IMG/VR virus record: IMGVR_UViG_3300033121_001619
Span: 62,320-126,319 of that record
DNA length: 64,000 bases
From: a virus
Lineage: Duplodnaviria > Caudoviricetes
Direction: 5' to 3' (one strand)
The translations under genes and the position numbers were made by a program. The notes under the pieces were generated by a model. That model was not told the origin of the DNA and did no database searches. It saw only the letters and a program-made list of their open reading frames with translations. Positions within the stretch are counted from its first letter, which is position 1. The number at the start of each line of letters is the position of its first letter. Positions 1 to 10,174 of the stretch are shown piece by piece.

Positions 1-445
1 CGGCGAGATTCTTCGTCGAACCATAGACGTTGATGGGATCGACGGCCTTGTCGGTCGACACGTGGACGACCTTCTTGACTCCCATCTCTACGGCAGCGTT
101 GCACACGTTCATGGAGCCGAGGACGTTCGTCTTGATAGCCTCTTGTGGATTGTACTCACACACGGGAACGTGCTTCAACGCAGCTGCATTGATCACGACG
201 TCGACCCCGATGAATGCAGTCTTAAGTCTATCCAGATCACGAATGTCTCCCACCAAGAAGTTGACCTTCGACGCCCTGTCTCCCAGGACGGTTCGAAGCT
301 CCCTCTTCATGTTGAATTGCTTGAACTCATCGCGACTGAAGACGACGAGCTTGTCGAACTCGTCTATGTTACGCACGATGAATTCCCTACCGAACGTCCC
401 CGTTCCACCCGTTACGAGGACCGTCTTCTCACGATGTCCGCCCAT
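1..445 (-). CDS. pseB: UDP-N-acetylglucosamine 4,6-dehydratase (PseB/CapD-like), runs off window edge
   Basis: Not in ORF track; translated by hand from ATG at 445: KTVLVTGGTGTFG (Rossmann), VFSRDEFKQ, AAALKHVPVCEYNP, STDKAVDPINVYGSTK (YxxxK). Confidence 0.85.
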   Translation of the reverse strand, partial: MGGHREKTVLVTGGTGTFGREFIVRNIDEFDKLVVFSRDEFKQFNMKRELRTVLGDRASKVNFLVGDIRDLDRLKTAFIGVDVVINAAALKHVPVCEYNPQEAIKTNVLGSMNVCNAAVEMGVKKVVHVSTDKAVDPINVYGSTKNLA

Positions 446-1374
446 GTCTCCCTCACAAATGAATCGATCGTCGATTGATCGAACGGAGTCGATTCAATGG
501 TAGTGAGACTCAGACCTCCCATACAAATGAAGTCGACGAATTGATCGACCTTCGACGTCTCCCATCGCGTATACCGATCAGACCAGACAGGCTTGGTGTA
601 GGACGATGAGTACGAGGGCGCCGTGATATCGTGAAAATCTCTGACGTGAATGAGATCGGTGTAAGCAGAAGTCCCAAAACCAACGCATGCAGTCGAGGCT
701 GCTGGTAGGAATATGGACTCACTCGGATACCAGACGTCGTCATAGTACGAAGCCGACACGTCACTCGGAATGGATTGATTCTTTCGGCGCTGTTTCACGT
801 ACGTTGGCTGACCCGTCGACCTCACGGCCTCATAGACTCGACGAAACAGCGACTCATGCCCCTCTTCTGGATAGAAAAGCGTGATGCCGGGCTGAATCGT
901 CAATCCTCGTCTTTCAGCGTACGTCACCGAGTCGGACCACTCCCATATCGAGGGAGGGATAGGAGAACACACTCCCTTGACCCCGATCGTTTTTCCGGCG
1001 GCGAGGTGATCAGCATCAGTGAAGACGTACGTGGTCCTGTCGTCGGAGTTCCTTGCCAGCGTGAGATAGTCGTATCCATGCTGGATGCTGACTCGCATGT
1101 CGTAATCGGGTTGCGAGACACACTCGACGCAGAAGACCTTTGAGACTCTTCTGACGTGTCGCGTGTCGATCCGCGTGAGATCGTTCTCAGCGCATATCTC
1201 TTCGAAACGTCGACGATGACGATCGATCGAGTTGTATTTGGTCGACCTAGCGTCGAAAGTGATGGGAACATCGACGTCGAATACCCGACGTATCGTCTTG
1301 ACGACAGGAACGGCGTATCGGAGACTAGTCATGTCTCCGACGTGAAAAGCTACGTCAAGACTTACGTTTGCCAT
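412..1374 (-). CDS. Hypothetical protein in glycosylation cluster
   Basis: 320 aa ORF overlapping both neighbours; no motif recognised. Confidence 0.6.
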   Translation of the reverse strand: MANVSLDVAFHVGDMTSLRYAVPVVKTIRRVFDVDVPITFDARSTKYNSIDRHRRRFEEICAENDLTRIDTRHVRRVSKVFCVECVSQPDYDMRVSIQHGYDYLTLARNSDDRTTYVFTDADHLAAGKTIGVKGVCSPIPPSIWEWSDSVTYAERRGLTIQPGITLFYPEEGHESLFRRVYEAVRSTGQPTYVKQRRKNQSIPSDVSASYYDDVWYPSESIFLPAASTACVGFGTSAYTDLIHVRDFHDITAPSYSSSYTKPVWSDRYTRWETSKVDQFVDFICMGGLSLTTIESTPFDQSTIDSFVRETWADIVRRRSS

Positions 1375-1978
1375 TTAGGAAGCAGTATTTGTACGACCGT
1401 TCGCCCCAGAGTTCGAGATCGAATCGTCTCGTCAGCATGTTGATCGCGTAATCGATGTTCATGTTGGGAACGTGCTCGTTATGGACTTCCATCACGAAGG
1501 ACTCCACTTTGTCGAAGAACCCGGTGTCGATGAGCTCGTACTCACCTCCCTCGATGTTCACCTTCGCGAAATCTATCATGACGGGAAGCACGGATCGATG
1601 ATCGTACGTCTTCACGGGTGTCGGGATCGAAGGCCCATACCGACCGGATCGATCGCTGAAGAGGTTTCCTGATTGGTCATCGTCGTCGTCGAGCAAGTGA
1701 AACATGCGCGTTCCCGACTTAGACGTGAGGGCTCCGTCGAGGATGTGGGTGATGATGTCTGATCTAGAGAATCTCTCCATGGCCTCGATCACGTGAGGAA
1801 AACATCGAGGTGAGGGTTCGATCATGTAGTAGACGGATCCGCTGGGGAGAGAACTAGCGAATGCTTCGAGTCCCTCTCCGTGCCGGGCTCCTAGGTCGAC
1901 GACGAGACTCGGAGTCAAGAGGCGATCCTTCGTCATCTCCCTGCACGCGTGATAGATGTCCGAGTATTTACGCATCAC
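1355..1978 (-). CDS. FkbM-family SAM-dependent methyltransferase
   Basis: VVDLGARHG, IEPSP, DFAKVNIEGGEY, MEVH match the FkbM pattern. Confidence 0.8.
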   Translation of the reverse strand: MMRKYSDIYHACREMTKDRLLTPSLVVDLGARHGEGLEAFASSLPSGSVYYMIEPSPRCFPHVIEAMERFSRSDIITHILDGALTSKSGTRMFHLLDDDDDQSGNLFSDRSGRYGPSIPTPVKTYDHRSVLPVMIDFAKVNIEGGEYELIDTGFFDKVESFVMEVHNEHVPNMNIDYAINMLTRRFDLELWGERSYKYCFLNGKRKS

Positions 1979-2630
1979 TCTTTTCTTTTGGTCCTACTAT
2001 CGTCAGAGTGTAAAGCTGTGGACTGTCTTCCCATAGGGTCACGTGTTCGATGTCCAAGCAGTCGTAATTGACTATACAGGGCACTTCCCTCGACACGACG
2101 TCGGAGAGGGAATCGCGAGCATATGATGCTCGCGTCGACTTCACGCGATCCCAAAAGAGAGACACGACGGGATCTGACTCCCATTCGTCACGCCACATGC
2201 ACGACCACAGGAAGTTTTCATCATCGTAGGCATTCTCGTGCTCCTCGGTCTCGATGTCGAACCAGCCGACCCTGTACGTCGGATATCGCCAGTGATCTCC
2301 CAGACCCCAGTCGACCAGGGCGACTCCGCCGGCACGAAGGCTCTTCCTGATCCTACCGATGAAATTCCCTGGGCTAGCTGAGAAGTACGCACAGCGTGTG
2401 CACACGATGACGTCGACGCTAGCCTTCTCCAGAGGCCAATCTTCACTGTTGATGTCCCAATTTCCTAGCGATCGATCGAAGAACGCGTAGTTGCGTCCAG
2501 GAATACTCCTCGACACAGCATTATGGTCAGGCTGTCCTAGACACACAACATTCTCTATCGACGTCCTGGGTAGGTTGCGCCTTAGGATGTCGATGTACTT
2601 GGGCATGATGAGGGGATCGGATCTGCCCAT
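1968..2630 (-). CDS. Class I SAM-dependent methyltransferase-like protein
   Basis: WPLEKASVDVIVC...KSLRAGG, typical post-motif-I/II methyltransferase segments. Confidence 0.6.
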   Translation of the reverse strand: MGRSDPLIMPKYIDILRRNLPRTSIENVVCLGQPDHNAVSRSIPGRNYAFFDRSLGNWDINSEDWPLEKASVDVIVCTRCAYFSASPGNFIGRIRKSLRAGGVALVDWGLGDHWRYPTYRVGWFDIETEEHENAYDDENFLWSCMWRDEWESDPVVSLFWDRVKSTRASYARDSLSDVVSREVPCIVNYDCLDIEHVTLWEDSPQLYTLTIVGPKEKSDA

Positions 2631-2631
2631 C

Positions 2632-3339
2632 TTACGTCATCTCCATCATGTGACCGAAACTCACGTTCGGGATCCTCTTCAGCCACTGGACCAACTCGCG
2701 AGCCTTGTCGAGATCGAAGTGATTCTTGTCCCACTCGCATGCATGATAGACCACGACGACGTCGCCTTCCGGGACGTCGTTCAAAGGATCGAAGGGCGGA
2801 TTGTGAGTGTATTTGACGACGTCTGATCCGACGTCCTCTCCGTCGTACGTCTTGACCGCGTAGTCCTTTGGAGAGAGCGCGAGTACTCGAAATCCTAGAC
2901 GCCTAGCAACCCGGATAGAATCACGGGACATCCTCCACGCAGGCGGTCTGAATATGGGCCTGAAGACCCCCGATAGTCCGGCCTCACTCACTTCGACACC
3001 CATCGTCAGGAATTTCTCTTGAGCCTGATCCGCCGTCAGGTCTCGAAACTCGTCGTTGTCGCTCATACCTGGGATACCGTGGTAGTGACCGTGATATCCC
3101 ACCTCGAATCTCGTCGCAGAGAGTGCCCGAAGCTCATCACAAAACTGAGAGTGATGAGTCAAGTAAAGTGGGTGGGACGTCGTGGTGTCAGGTTTGATGG
3201 TCCGCCAGTATGCCGTGGGAACGAATAGAGTGAATTTCGCGTCGGGAAACGATCGAATCACCTCGGCGCACGACGCTAGGATGGCCAGAGACGATCTAGG
3301 GTGAGGAGAGACGTCATCTATGCTGATGTTTACTCTCAT
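2632..3339 (-). CDS. Polysaccharide deacetylase (NodB/CE4-like)
   Basis: NISIDD, YHGHYH, FRPPAW motifs; ATG at 3339 overlaps the upstream stop (ATGA). Confidence 0.75.
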   Translation of the reverse strand: MRVNISIDDVSPHPRSSLAILASCAEVIRSFPDAKFTLFVPTAYWRTIKPDTTTSHPLYLTHHSQFCDELRALSATRFEVGYHGHYHGIPGMSDNDEFRDLTADQAQEKFLTMGVEVSEAGLSGVFRPIFRPPAWRMSRDSIRVARRLGFRVLALSPKDYAVKTYDGEDVGSDVVKYTHNPPFDPLNDVPEGDVVVVYHACEWDKNHFDLDKARELVQWLKRIPNVSFGHMMEMT

Positions 3340-4307
3340 GCCGTCACCATCCACTCGAAACGGTCCACGTAGTCTCGTGCGAGATCGATCGTGGATCTGG
3401 TCACCTGATTCCATTCGCCAGGAGACATCGATGATGCTAGCTGGAATAGTCGTTCTCGGCAGTGCATCAAGATATCGTGAGCGTCCTGTTCGTTGTCACA
3501 CATCACACCGCGTCCTAGACAGTACTCCTCGATGCTTCCTCCGTTAGCGATGTGGATGACAGGAAGACCTATCGCCATGGCTTCAAGGACGTGATTAGCA
3601 CCGGCCTCTGCTTCCGATGCAGTCAAGTAGACGTCGTGTTTTGGAAGCTCTCGACAGAGTCCTTCGACGTCGAGAGGCTGGACGTGGTTTCTCAAGACGC
3701 ATTCACTTGGTTTCCTTCCTATGAAAGTGAATTCCACGCCCAAGGATCGACTGATCGTGTCGATCATCTGGTAGGACCTGAATCCCTTGCGATGATTGTC
3801 TGACCAGTGGTGAGTGACCACGCGGAGTTCGTCGGCATTCCTGAAATCTCGCGTCCTCCTGCACGCTGAGAGGAAACGCGGATCAGCCTCGTTTCTAATC
3901 ACCACTGAGTGAATGCTCTCGAAGAGTGAACCAGGAGAGATTGGATGAAAAGCCAAACTCATGTACTTCTTCGCCCAGGTGCTCGGATATATCACCAGAT
4001 CGACTCGCTGAATGACGTCGTTCACCATCCATGTCAGATCAGGTTTACCGTGAGATCCCACGTCTCCGACGCGAAGAACGATCCGAGCGGCGTCAAAGCG
4101 AGCTCTCTCGATGAAATAATCGGCGGCAAGTCCATCCTTCGGTCGCGGATCGACGATGTACATGAGATCGATCTTTCCACCCGAATCATCTCCCTCGAAA
4201 GTCACCGAATGACCACGACGCTGCGCCTCGTCGACGACGGCCCTAAGGACCTTCGATCCTCCTCCCCACGGACCGTCGACCGGTCGTCTATTGAAGTGAA
4301 ATCTCAT
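3336..4307 (-). CDS. Glycosyltransferase, GT4-like
   Basis: PWGGG near N-terminus; DVYLTASEAEAGANHVLEAMAIGLPVI (EX7E). Confidence 0.85.
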   Translation of the reverse strand: MRFHFNRRPVDGPWGGGSKVLRAVVDEAQRRGHSVTFEGDDSGGKIDLMYIVDPRPKDGLAADYFIERARFDAARIVLRVGDVGSHGKPDLTWMVNDVIQRVDLVIYPSTWAKKYMSLAFHPISPGSLFESIHSVVIRNEADPRFLSACRRTRDFRNADELRVVTHHWSDNHRKGFRSYQMIDTISRSLGVEFTFIGRKPSECVLRNHVQPLDVEGLCRELPKHDVYLTASEAEAGANHVLEAMAIGLPVIHIANGGSIEEYCLGRGVMCDNEQDAHDILMHCRERLFQLASSMSPGEWNQVTRSTIDLARDYVDRFEWMVTA

Positions 4308-4537
4308 CACTGACCACCGAACCAAAAACCACGACCTAGGTCGTTCACCCAAGTCGATGACATGCGACCCATGATGAGATAATGGGACGGAACTTCCCTA
4401 AATCTCCACGATTCGATCTCCTCGTAGTCCTTGACGTCTTCGCCCATCCCTTCGCACCACACCACTAGCGCGTCTTTCTCGTCGCATGCTATCACGTAGT
4501 CGTGGTCATCGTTGCGATACATCTTCATTTCTATCAC
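4307..4537 (-). CDS. Small hypothetical protein
   Basis: 76 aa ORF with stop/start overlaps on both sides. Confidence 0.55.
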   Translation of the reverse strand: MIEMKMYRNDDHDYVIACDEKDALVVWCEGMGEDVKDYEEIESWRFREVPSHYLIMGRMSSTWVNDLGRGFWFGGQ

Positions 4538-5232
4538 CGCATGATGAGGACCTGACCGTAGTCGATGTCGTCGTCTGACAGCCTACGATCATCTACGAAC
4601 ACACGACGATCCATGATGACCAATTCCTTCTCCATGTCGATTCGATCGATGACAGCGGCGCACTCGATATCTTTCTCTCTCTTCGTCGGGAGATGGTAGT
4701 CGTCGAACAGGATCACCTTGTTGAAGCGATCCTTGCATAGTTGCCAATCCGATTCGACGCCCAGCTCGGTGTGATCACCATCAACGTAGATCATGTCGTA
4801 CGATCCCAGCGTCGGGAGGACGTCGGATGACTTTCCCTCCACGAGATTGATGCGACTCGTGATCGCACCGGGAAAGATGTATCGTATCCTCTTCCAGTGC
4901 TCGACGTCTTGTTTCACGTCGATGGACGTGACATGACTCCACGGATCTTGTTTTTCAGACATGGCCCAGGCTGCACACAGCGCCGAGTAGCCTCGTCCTG
5001 TTCCGATCTCGAGATACGACGATATGTTGAGGGAGCGTATCAACGCGTAGATTAGCAGCCCTCTCTCGTAATTCGGTCGATAGTAGCGTCCGGCGGTGGC
5101 GTAAAGAGCGGACCCCAGATGACGTTCTTTCTTGGCAGTCATCTCTCCTATCGAGTCGAAATCTCCCAGCTTGAGAGACTCGACGGGATATCCTAGATCC
5201 TTCAGTTTTTGGACGATGTGAACTTTCTTCAT
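4534..5232 (-). CDS. Class I SAM-dependent methyltransferase (Methyltransf_24-like)
   Basis: YLEIGTGRGYSA, YDMIYVDGDH, ILFDDY. Confidence 0.85.
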   Translation of the reverse strand: MKKVHIVQKLKDLGYPVESLKLGDFDSIGEMTAKKERHLGSALYATAGRYYRPNYERGLLIYALIRSLNISSYLEIGTGRGYSALCAAWAMSEKQDPWSHVTSIDVKQDVEHWKRIRYIFPGAITSRINLVEGKSSDVLPTLGSYDMIYVDGDHTELGVESDWQLCKDRFNKVILFDDYHLPTKREKDIECAAVIDRIDMEKELVIMDRRVFVDDRRLSDDDIDYGQVLIMR

Positions 5233-6116
5233 CGGATGAAAAATCTCCTGTAGGGAGAGAAACCTGGATCGATCTTCATGTGATTGACGTCTGGTATGCT
5301 GGGAGTGGCCAAGGTCAAGTCGTCATTGATCGACTTCGGTGGCAAGACATTGCGAGCTATGCCGACATCACGAGATACTACCGGTGTCGATGTCAGGCCA
5401 CACTCGATCAGTGACTGTGGACCGCCCTCGTGTCGTGACGATACGACGTAGAGATCGCACGCCTGATACAGATCATTGACGACGTCCAACGAGGGCCTCT
5501 CGAAATACGTGTAAGGGATGGAAGCGGATATCAGTCTAGACAAGACGTACTGACGACGCCAACCTGCTAGGAGGACGTGCACATCCTTTCCAGAAGACCT
5601 CAACCACTCGACGTGATCGGCGAAAAGATCCGGTCCCTTCTCTAGCTTCGGGGATCGACCGTCACTTCCCTCGGTGTCTCTCTGGAAGCTTCCGACCACG
5701 TACGAATTCGTCGGTAGACCGTATTTGACTTTTGCTTCGTTCACGGACATGGAACGCTTGAACAGATCTCCATTTGCCCAATAAGGCAGTGCCGTCACGG
5801 GTTTGGACGTCCACTTCCTCATGAAGTTCGCGGTGTCGTCCCCGTACGTGAGATACTCCGATGCAATGGCATCGCGTCTCATGAATTCTTGGGGATCGAA
5901 TTTCTCGGGGACTATGTGGTGGACCGTCACGACGACACGTTTCCAAGACAACTTCTCGCGAGGTATGGAATTCCACTTCCAGCCAGCCAGGATCCAGACT
6001 GTATCTGCAGCGTCCAAGTCGCTCGTGGTGATGTCGGGATTCCAGACATTCCACTCAGAGACTAGTCGATCGACTATCCAATCCTCGCCGGCAGGAAGAG
6101 TGTATACCTTCGTCAC
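5229..6116 (-). CDS. Glycosyltransferase, GT4-like
   Basis: KGPDLF, DLYVVSSRHEGGPQSLIE; probable GTG start at 6116 overlaps the upstream TGA. Confidence 0.85.
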   Translation of the reverse strand: MTKVYTLPAGEDWIVDRLVSEWNVWNPDITTSDLDAADTVWILAGWKWNSIPREKLSWKRVVVTVHHIVPEKFDPQEFMRRDAIASEYLTYGDDTANFMRKWTSKPVTALPYWANGDLFKRSMSVNEAKVKYGLPTNSYVVGSFQRDTEGSDGRSPKLEKGPDLFADHVEWLRSSGKDVHVLLAGWRRQYVLSRLISASIPYTYFERPSLDVVNDLYQACDLYVVSSRHEGGPQSLIECGLTSTPVVSRDVGIARNVLPPKSINDDLTLATPSIPDVNHMKIDPGFSPYRRFFIR

Positions 6117-6472
6117 GATCGCTTCTTTACCGTCGCAGCGTACGCTCTTCCGAGAGGAGAATCCTTGAAGATGATGGCCAATAGAGCTAGCTCCTTCGTC
6201 TCCACGCACTCCGGCCAGATCCGTTTCGTGAAAATGTCACCAGGAACTTCCTGACCAGGAACTTCGATGCAATCGTACATCATCTGAGCTGCCATATTCA
6301 GTGCGTCATTCGTGAGAGTGACTCCCGATTGTGACATGACCTCAGCGAGAGAGGAATAGATCGTCGTGTACATACTCATGGCAGTATGACGATCCATCTT
6401 CTCACCGATGAACACACGAAGCCTCTCATTCAAAAGCTTCTTGATCGCCTCGCCGGAATCTGACATCTTCAT
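6113..6472 (-). CDS. Hypothetical protein
   Basis: 119 aa ORF within the operon. Confidence 0.6.
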   Translation of the reverse strand: MKMSDSGEAIKKLLNERLRVFIGEKMDRHTAMSMYTTIYSSLAEVMSQSGVTLTNDALNMAAQMMYDCIEVPGQEVPGDIFTKRIWPECVETKELALLAIIFKDSPLGRAYAATVKKRS

Positions 6473-6482
6473 GTGAGCAATC

Positions 6483-7403
6483 TTATGACGTCATCGCGTC
6501 GACGTATTTACTAGCTGCAACGATCACGTCGACTGACGAATCGATCACGTTGACGGATCGACGAGAGAAATCCATCTTCGGGGGTGAGTAGAGGTCGATC
6601 GGACGAAAATCCCACTCATCCTCTTCGATGAGGATCGCACCTCTTCCTGCCACTTCCTTCGTCCCTCCCGTGGAAGAGACGACGATCTTGCAACCAGAAG
6701 CACGAGCATCGACCACGACGTTGGGACAGTGATCGAGATACGCCAGATGGACGAACGTATCGCAGGACTTGTAGATGGATATGCATTCCTTCCACGAGAG
6801 ATCACCAGAGAAGGCGACACGTTTACCGACAGGTGACGACTTGACGAAGGACACGACGTCGTCGGAGGTTTTTCCCAAAACGATCATGTAGTGATCGTCA
6901 GGTGCGAATTCGTGGAAATAACTGATGTCATCCAGGAGTCTCTTGTGAGGACGCCAGTGGCTCGAACAGCACCAGATCTTCTTGCCGAGGTGTCTGAGTG
7001 CCTCGTGAGGCTGTATGGCACGAATCGTCTCGAGATCGGTCCCGTTGTTGATGACTCGAACGTCGCGATGAGAACCAAAGTACGCCTCTGTTAGACGCTT
7101 GTTGAATTCCGTCTGACACACGACTGTGTCGCATTCGTTGTACGTCTTCTCGATCAACGAATTCTGTGATCTCCAGTCTGACTTCGAGTTGAAATAGATG
7201 CCGTCTAGACGCAGGACGTGCTTTTTGGCAGTCGACAACATGTTGTTGGTCTGGATGAACGTCAGTTGGGCATCGACTCCGTGTGTCGGCGGAGATGTGT
7301 GCACCGTGTGACCTAGACGTCCTAGCTCGCGACACAAGTTTCTGGCGAAGCTGTTGGGTCCAGAAGAAGACGTCAGGTTGACGTTGTCGACGTATACGTT
7401 CAT
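6483..7403 (-). CDS. Glycosyltransferase, GT4-like
   Basis: SGPNSFA, WRPHKRL, DHCPNVVVDARASG; ATG at 7403 overlaps the upstream TGA. Confidence 0.85.
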   Translation of the reverse strand: MNVYVDNVNLTSSSGPNSFARNLCRELGRLGHTVHTSPPTHGVDAQLTFIQTNNMLSTAKKHVLRLDGIYFNSKSDWRSQNSLIEKTYNECDTVVCQTEFNKRLTEAYFGSHRDVRVINNGTDLETIRAIQPHEALRHLGKKIWCCSSHWRPHKRLLDDISYFHEFAPDDHYMIVLGKTSDDVVSFVKSSPVGKRVAFSGDLSWKECISIYKSCDTFVHLAYLDHCPNVVVDARASGCKIVVSSTGGTKEVAGRGAILIEEDEWDFRPIDLYSPPKMDFSRRSVNVIDSSVDVIVAASKYVDAMTS

Positions 7404-8134
7404 TCCACGTAACCTCGCTCCCTGATCCACTCCGCTGAAGTCTTCTGTCGAATCGATCGATCGTTCGTGAATAGATCCGGTCGGGCGAGGTCGATGTCGT
7501 AGTGGTACGCTACCACGGGAACGAAAACTAGCGATCTTCCGAGCGAAGAGGCGCGATGCATCATGGGCAAGAAGACGGCTTGATCACATGCGATGGTGAT
7601 GTATTCTCCGTTCTCATCCTTGAAATTCCCATCGGGAATGTCTCGTAGATTGCATGCACGAAACGTCTTCAAGTGACTCGATACCCAAGGATGCTGATAC
7701 ACGGTCTGGTGTGGATTCAGACGCATGGGTCCGGATATGTTGTTTGACGTGTATCCCCACCGGTGGGCAGTCCATGCTACCGCGACGTTGCGATCGGAAT
7801 AGACCCGTTTCAGGAGAACGAGGAGATCGTTCTCCACGAGCCAGTCGCCGCCATCGAGACGACAGACGACGTCGTCATCGTCGATCGATCTCAGACTGAC
7901 CAGCGTGTTTCGAACTTCTCCGTGTTTCTCCGTGTTCCTCACGTGAGTGAATTTCGACCGATATCGATCGGGTAGTGTCGTGACGACCTGATCGACGATA
8001 TCCGGCGTGGAATCGGTGGACATGTCATCGATGACGATGGCTCGCCAGTCGTCGCTAGACTGTGCCAACATCGAGAACAACGTCTTCTCGATGTTTGAGC
8101 CGGTGTTGTAGTACGGTACCACGAAAGTGAACAT
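7400..8134 (-). CDS. Glycosyltransferase family 2
   Basis: FVVPYYN, IDDMSTDST, LDGGD. Confidence 0.85.
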   Translation of the reverse strand: MFTFVVPYYNTGSNIEKTLFSMLAQSSDDWRAIVIDDMSTDSTPDIVDQVVTTLPDRYRSKFTHVRNTEKHGEVRNTLVSLRSIDDDDVVCRLDGGDWLVENDLLVLLKRVYSDRNVAVAWTAHRWGYTSNNISGPMRLNPHQTVYQHPWVSSHLKTFRACNLRDIPDGNFKDENGEYITIACDQAVFLPMMHRASSLGRSLVFVPVVAYHYDIDLARPDLFTNDRSIRQKTSAEWIRERGYVE

Positions 8135-10083
8135 CAAGTTCTCCACGTCGACATGACTGCCGGCTGCTCTCTATCCACTCTCAGATGAGGAACACACGTA
8201 CCGTTCCACTTCTTGTGCCAAACCCATCCACCGGTCTTGCTGACAATCTCATTCGCCCGCTGTTCGATCATGTCGTCGGTTACTTCAGACCATGGGAGGT
8301 CGAACATCATGTTCGTGTCCGCGGTGTCTCTCATGTCGGTATCGTAAAGGGAATTCCAGTGGCGCGTCCAGTAATCCCTGTACGTTTTCATCTTCCTCTT
8401 CATGTCATACCAAGAGTAGTGATGAACGCCCGGTATGTGGTTCACGACTTCGTTGAACCACCGCTGATAGACTTCCAGGGCCTGTCTATTTCCCGCTATG
8501 GCGTGAAGACGTGCGGACTCCATCTGGGGCGTGTGGAACGTGACGTGCATGCAGGGATTGCCAGAATCGGCATAGATCATGTCACATCCATCAGTGCCGG
8601 GATGGGCACAGAGACGTCCAGAGGAGTCTGTCTTCCTGAGACTCATCGGTATTCCGTGCGTGATGTTCTCTTTGTTCCGTGAGAGACGCCACTTCCAAGG
8701 CTGGATGTCTGCCCGGACCTTGTCAGGGCCACCCCAGTACTCGATGACAGGTAGACAGAGAACGTCGACGTCGTTCGGGATCTTCTCGCAGAGGTTTCGA
8801 ATCATGTCGTAGTCGTCCTCATGGACTACTTCGTCGGAATCCATCTGCCAACAGAACTCTGACGTACACATGGAACGTGCTTCTGCCTTCTGCATGCCGT
8901 CAAAGACAGCGAAGCGCGGATCATCCCAGTCACGTTTGACTTGTTTGACCCTGATCTTGAGGACAGGCTCACCTGTCTTAGGATCCTGGACAGCTGTCTC
9001 CGCAGCTAGCTTGAGCAGCGTCTCGTACGTACCATCCGTCGATCCTCCATCGACGACGCAGATCTCGTCACAGAATCCTAGCATCGACTCGATGCTTTGC
9101 ACAAATGGATAATTCTGCTTGATGCAGTTGTACGTCGTGGTGTAACCACTGATGGTCCGACGTTTGGCGATGACCGTCGACATGACCTTCCAGAAGTATC
9201 CCGGCGCAGCCAAGAGATATTCGAAGATGTTCTCGATGTTAGGATCGGTGAACCAATCTTCGTCTTTGTGCTGGACGTTGTCGTTCAGCACTAGCTCGCA
9301 ACCAAGAAGCTTCGCTTCTATGACTAGTCGCGGGCATGTATCACCGCCGGCAGGAAGATACACCAGACCACGACTCTTCGACAAAAGTTGCAACGTCTGG
9401 TCGTACGACATCCCGGCGATCGATCGTGCTTTCAATCCGTGCTTCTCGATGTATTCCTTCGCGAGTGACGTCCCCTTCACCCAGGAATTGGATTCGAGAT
9501 ACACCCAGTCGGATCGACTGGGATCATTGGGTGGGAGTGACAACTGACGAATCTTCTCCAACGTCGACTTCGAGAAGACACTGGAGAGAACGAGGGAGTC
9601 CTTCGACGCTAGGGATGGAAACTTCTGGAGGTAGTGATTCTTCTGCTTCTCTGACATCCACCAGATGAAGGACGCTCCGGCGAAGAATGACGACACGATG
9701 TGGCCCGTCGTTTGCGACGCACAGTTGCACTGTCCTTGAGAAAGAGCATGCTTCTCTGGGGATCTCATGGTGCAATACTTGTAGTCGTACTCAACGATCG
9801 AGTACCTCAGATTTGAGATGATCGTTGGGATCAGGTTTGCCTTGAGCATCGAGAAATTCCCAAATATCCAGAATTTCTCGACCCCCTGCGAGAGGCATGC
9901 CAGATCGACTTCTGACGATCTGAGTCTCTGGACCTTGAGTGGAGATTCATCGATGATTGCATCCGTTGTGAGCTCAGCTCCTCCTATGACGTCTTCTGAA
10001 AAGAAGTCAGCGACGAAAATCACGTCAGCGCTCGGATCGATCTTGATCTTTGGGTCTATGAAGATCTTTTCGTTGAATTCCAT
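8134..10083 (-). CDS. Two-domain glycosyltransferase (GT4-like N-terminal + GT2 C-terminal)
   Basis: DTCPRLVIEAKLLG in the N-half; VVDGGSTDGT and QMDSDE in the C-half. Confidence 0.8.
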   Translation of the reverse strand: MEFNEKIFIDPKIKIDPSADVIFVADFFSEDVIGGAELTTDAIIDESPLKVQRLRSSEVDLACLSQGVEKFWIFGNFSMLKANLIPTIISNLRYSIVEYDYKYCTMRSPEKHALSQGQCNCASQTTGHIVSSFFAGASFIWWMSEKQKNHYLQKFPSLASKDSLVLSSVFSKSTLEKIRQLSLPPNDPSRSDWVYLESNSWVKGTSLAKEYIEKHGLKARSIAGMSYDQTLQLLSKSRGLVYLPAGGDTCPRLVIEAKLLGCELVLNDNVQHKDEDWFTDPNIENIFEYLLAAPGYFWKVMSTVIAKRRTISGYTTTYNCIKQNYPFVQSIESMLGFCDEICVVDGGSTDGTYETLLKLAAETAVQDPKTGEPVLKIRVKQVKRDWDDPRFAVFDGMQKAEARSMCTSEFCWQMDSDEVVHEDDYDMIRNLCEKIPNDVDVLCLPVIEYWGGPDKVRADIQPWKWRLSRNKENITHGIPMSLRKTDSSGRLCAHPGTDGCDMIYADSGNPCMHVTFHTPQMESARLHAIAGNRQALEVYQRWFNEVVNHIPGVHHYSWYDMKRKMKTYRDYWTRHWNSLYDTDMRDTADTNMMFDLPWSEVTDDMIEQRANEIVSKTGGWVWHKKWNGTCVPHLRVDREQPAVMSTWRT

Positions 10084-10174
10084 TCGTATCTTCTTTCTTA
10101 GCTCTTCTTAGCTCAATTGTCTAGTCGTTTTTAGACTATTTACAGTGAAGCCACCTTCGTTCAAGGCATAGATC

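Noticed and set aside
30-503. Plus-strand ORFs 30-503 and 62-478
   Set aside because: They are antisense to the PseB-like gene on the minus strand.
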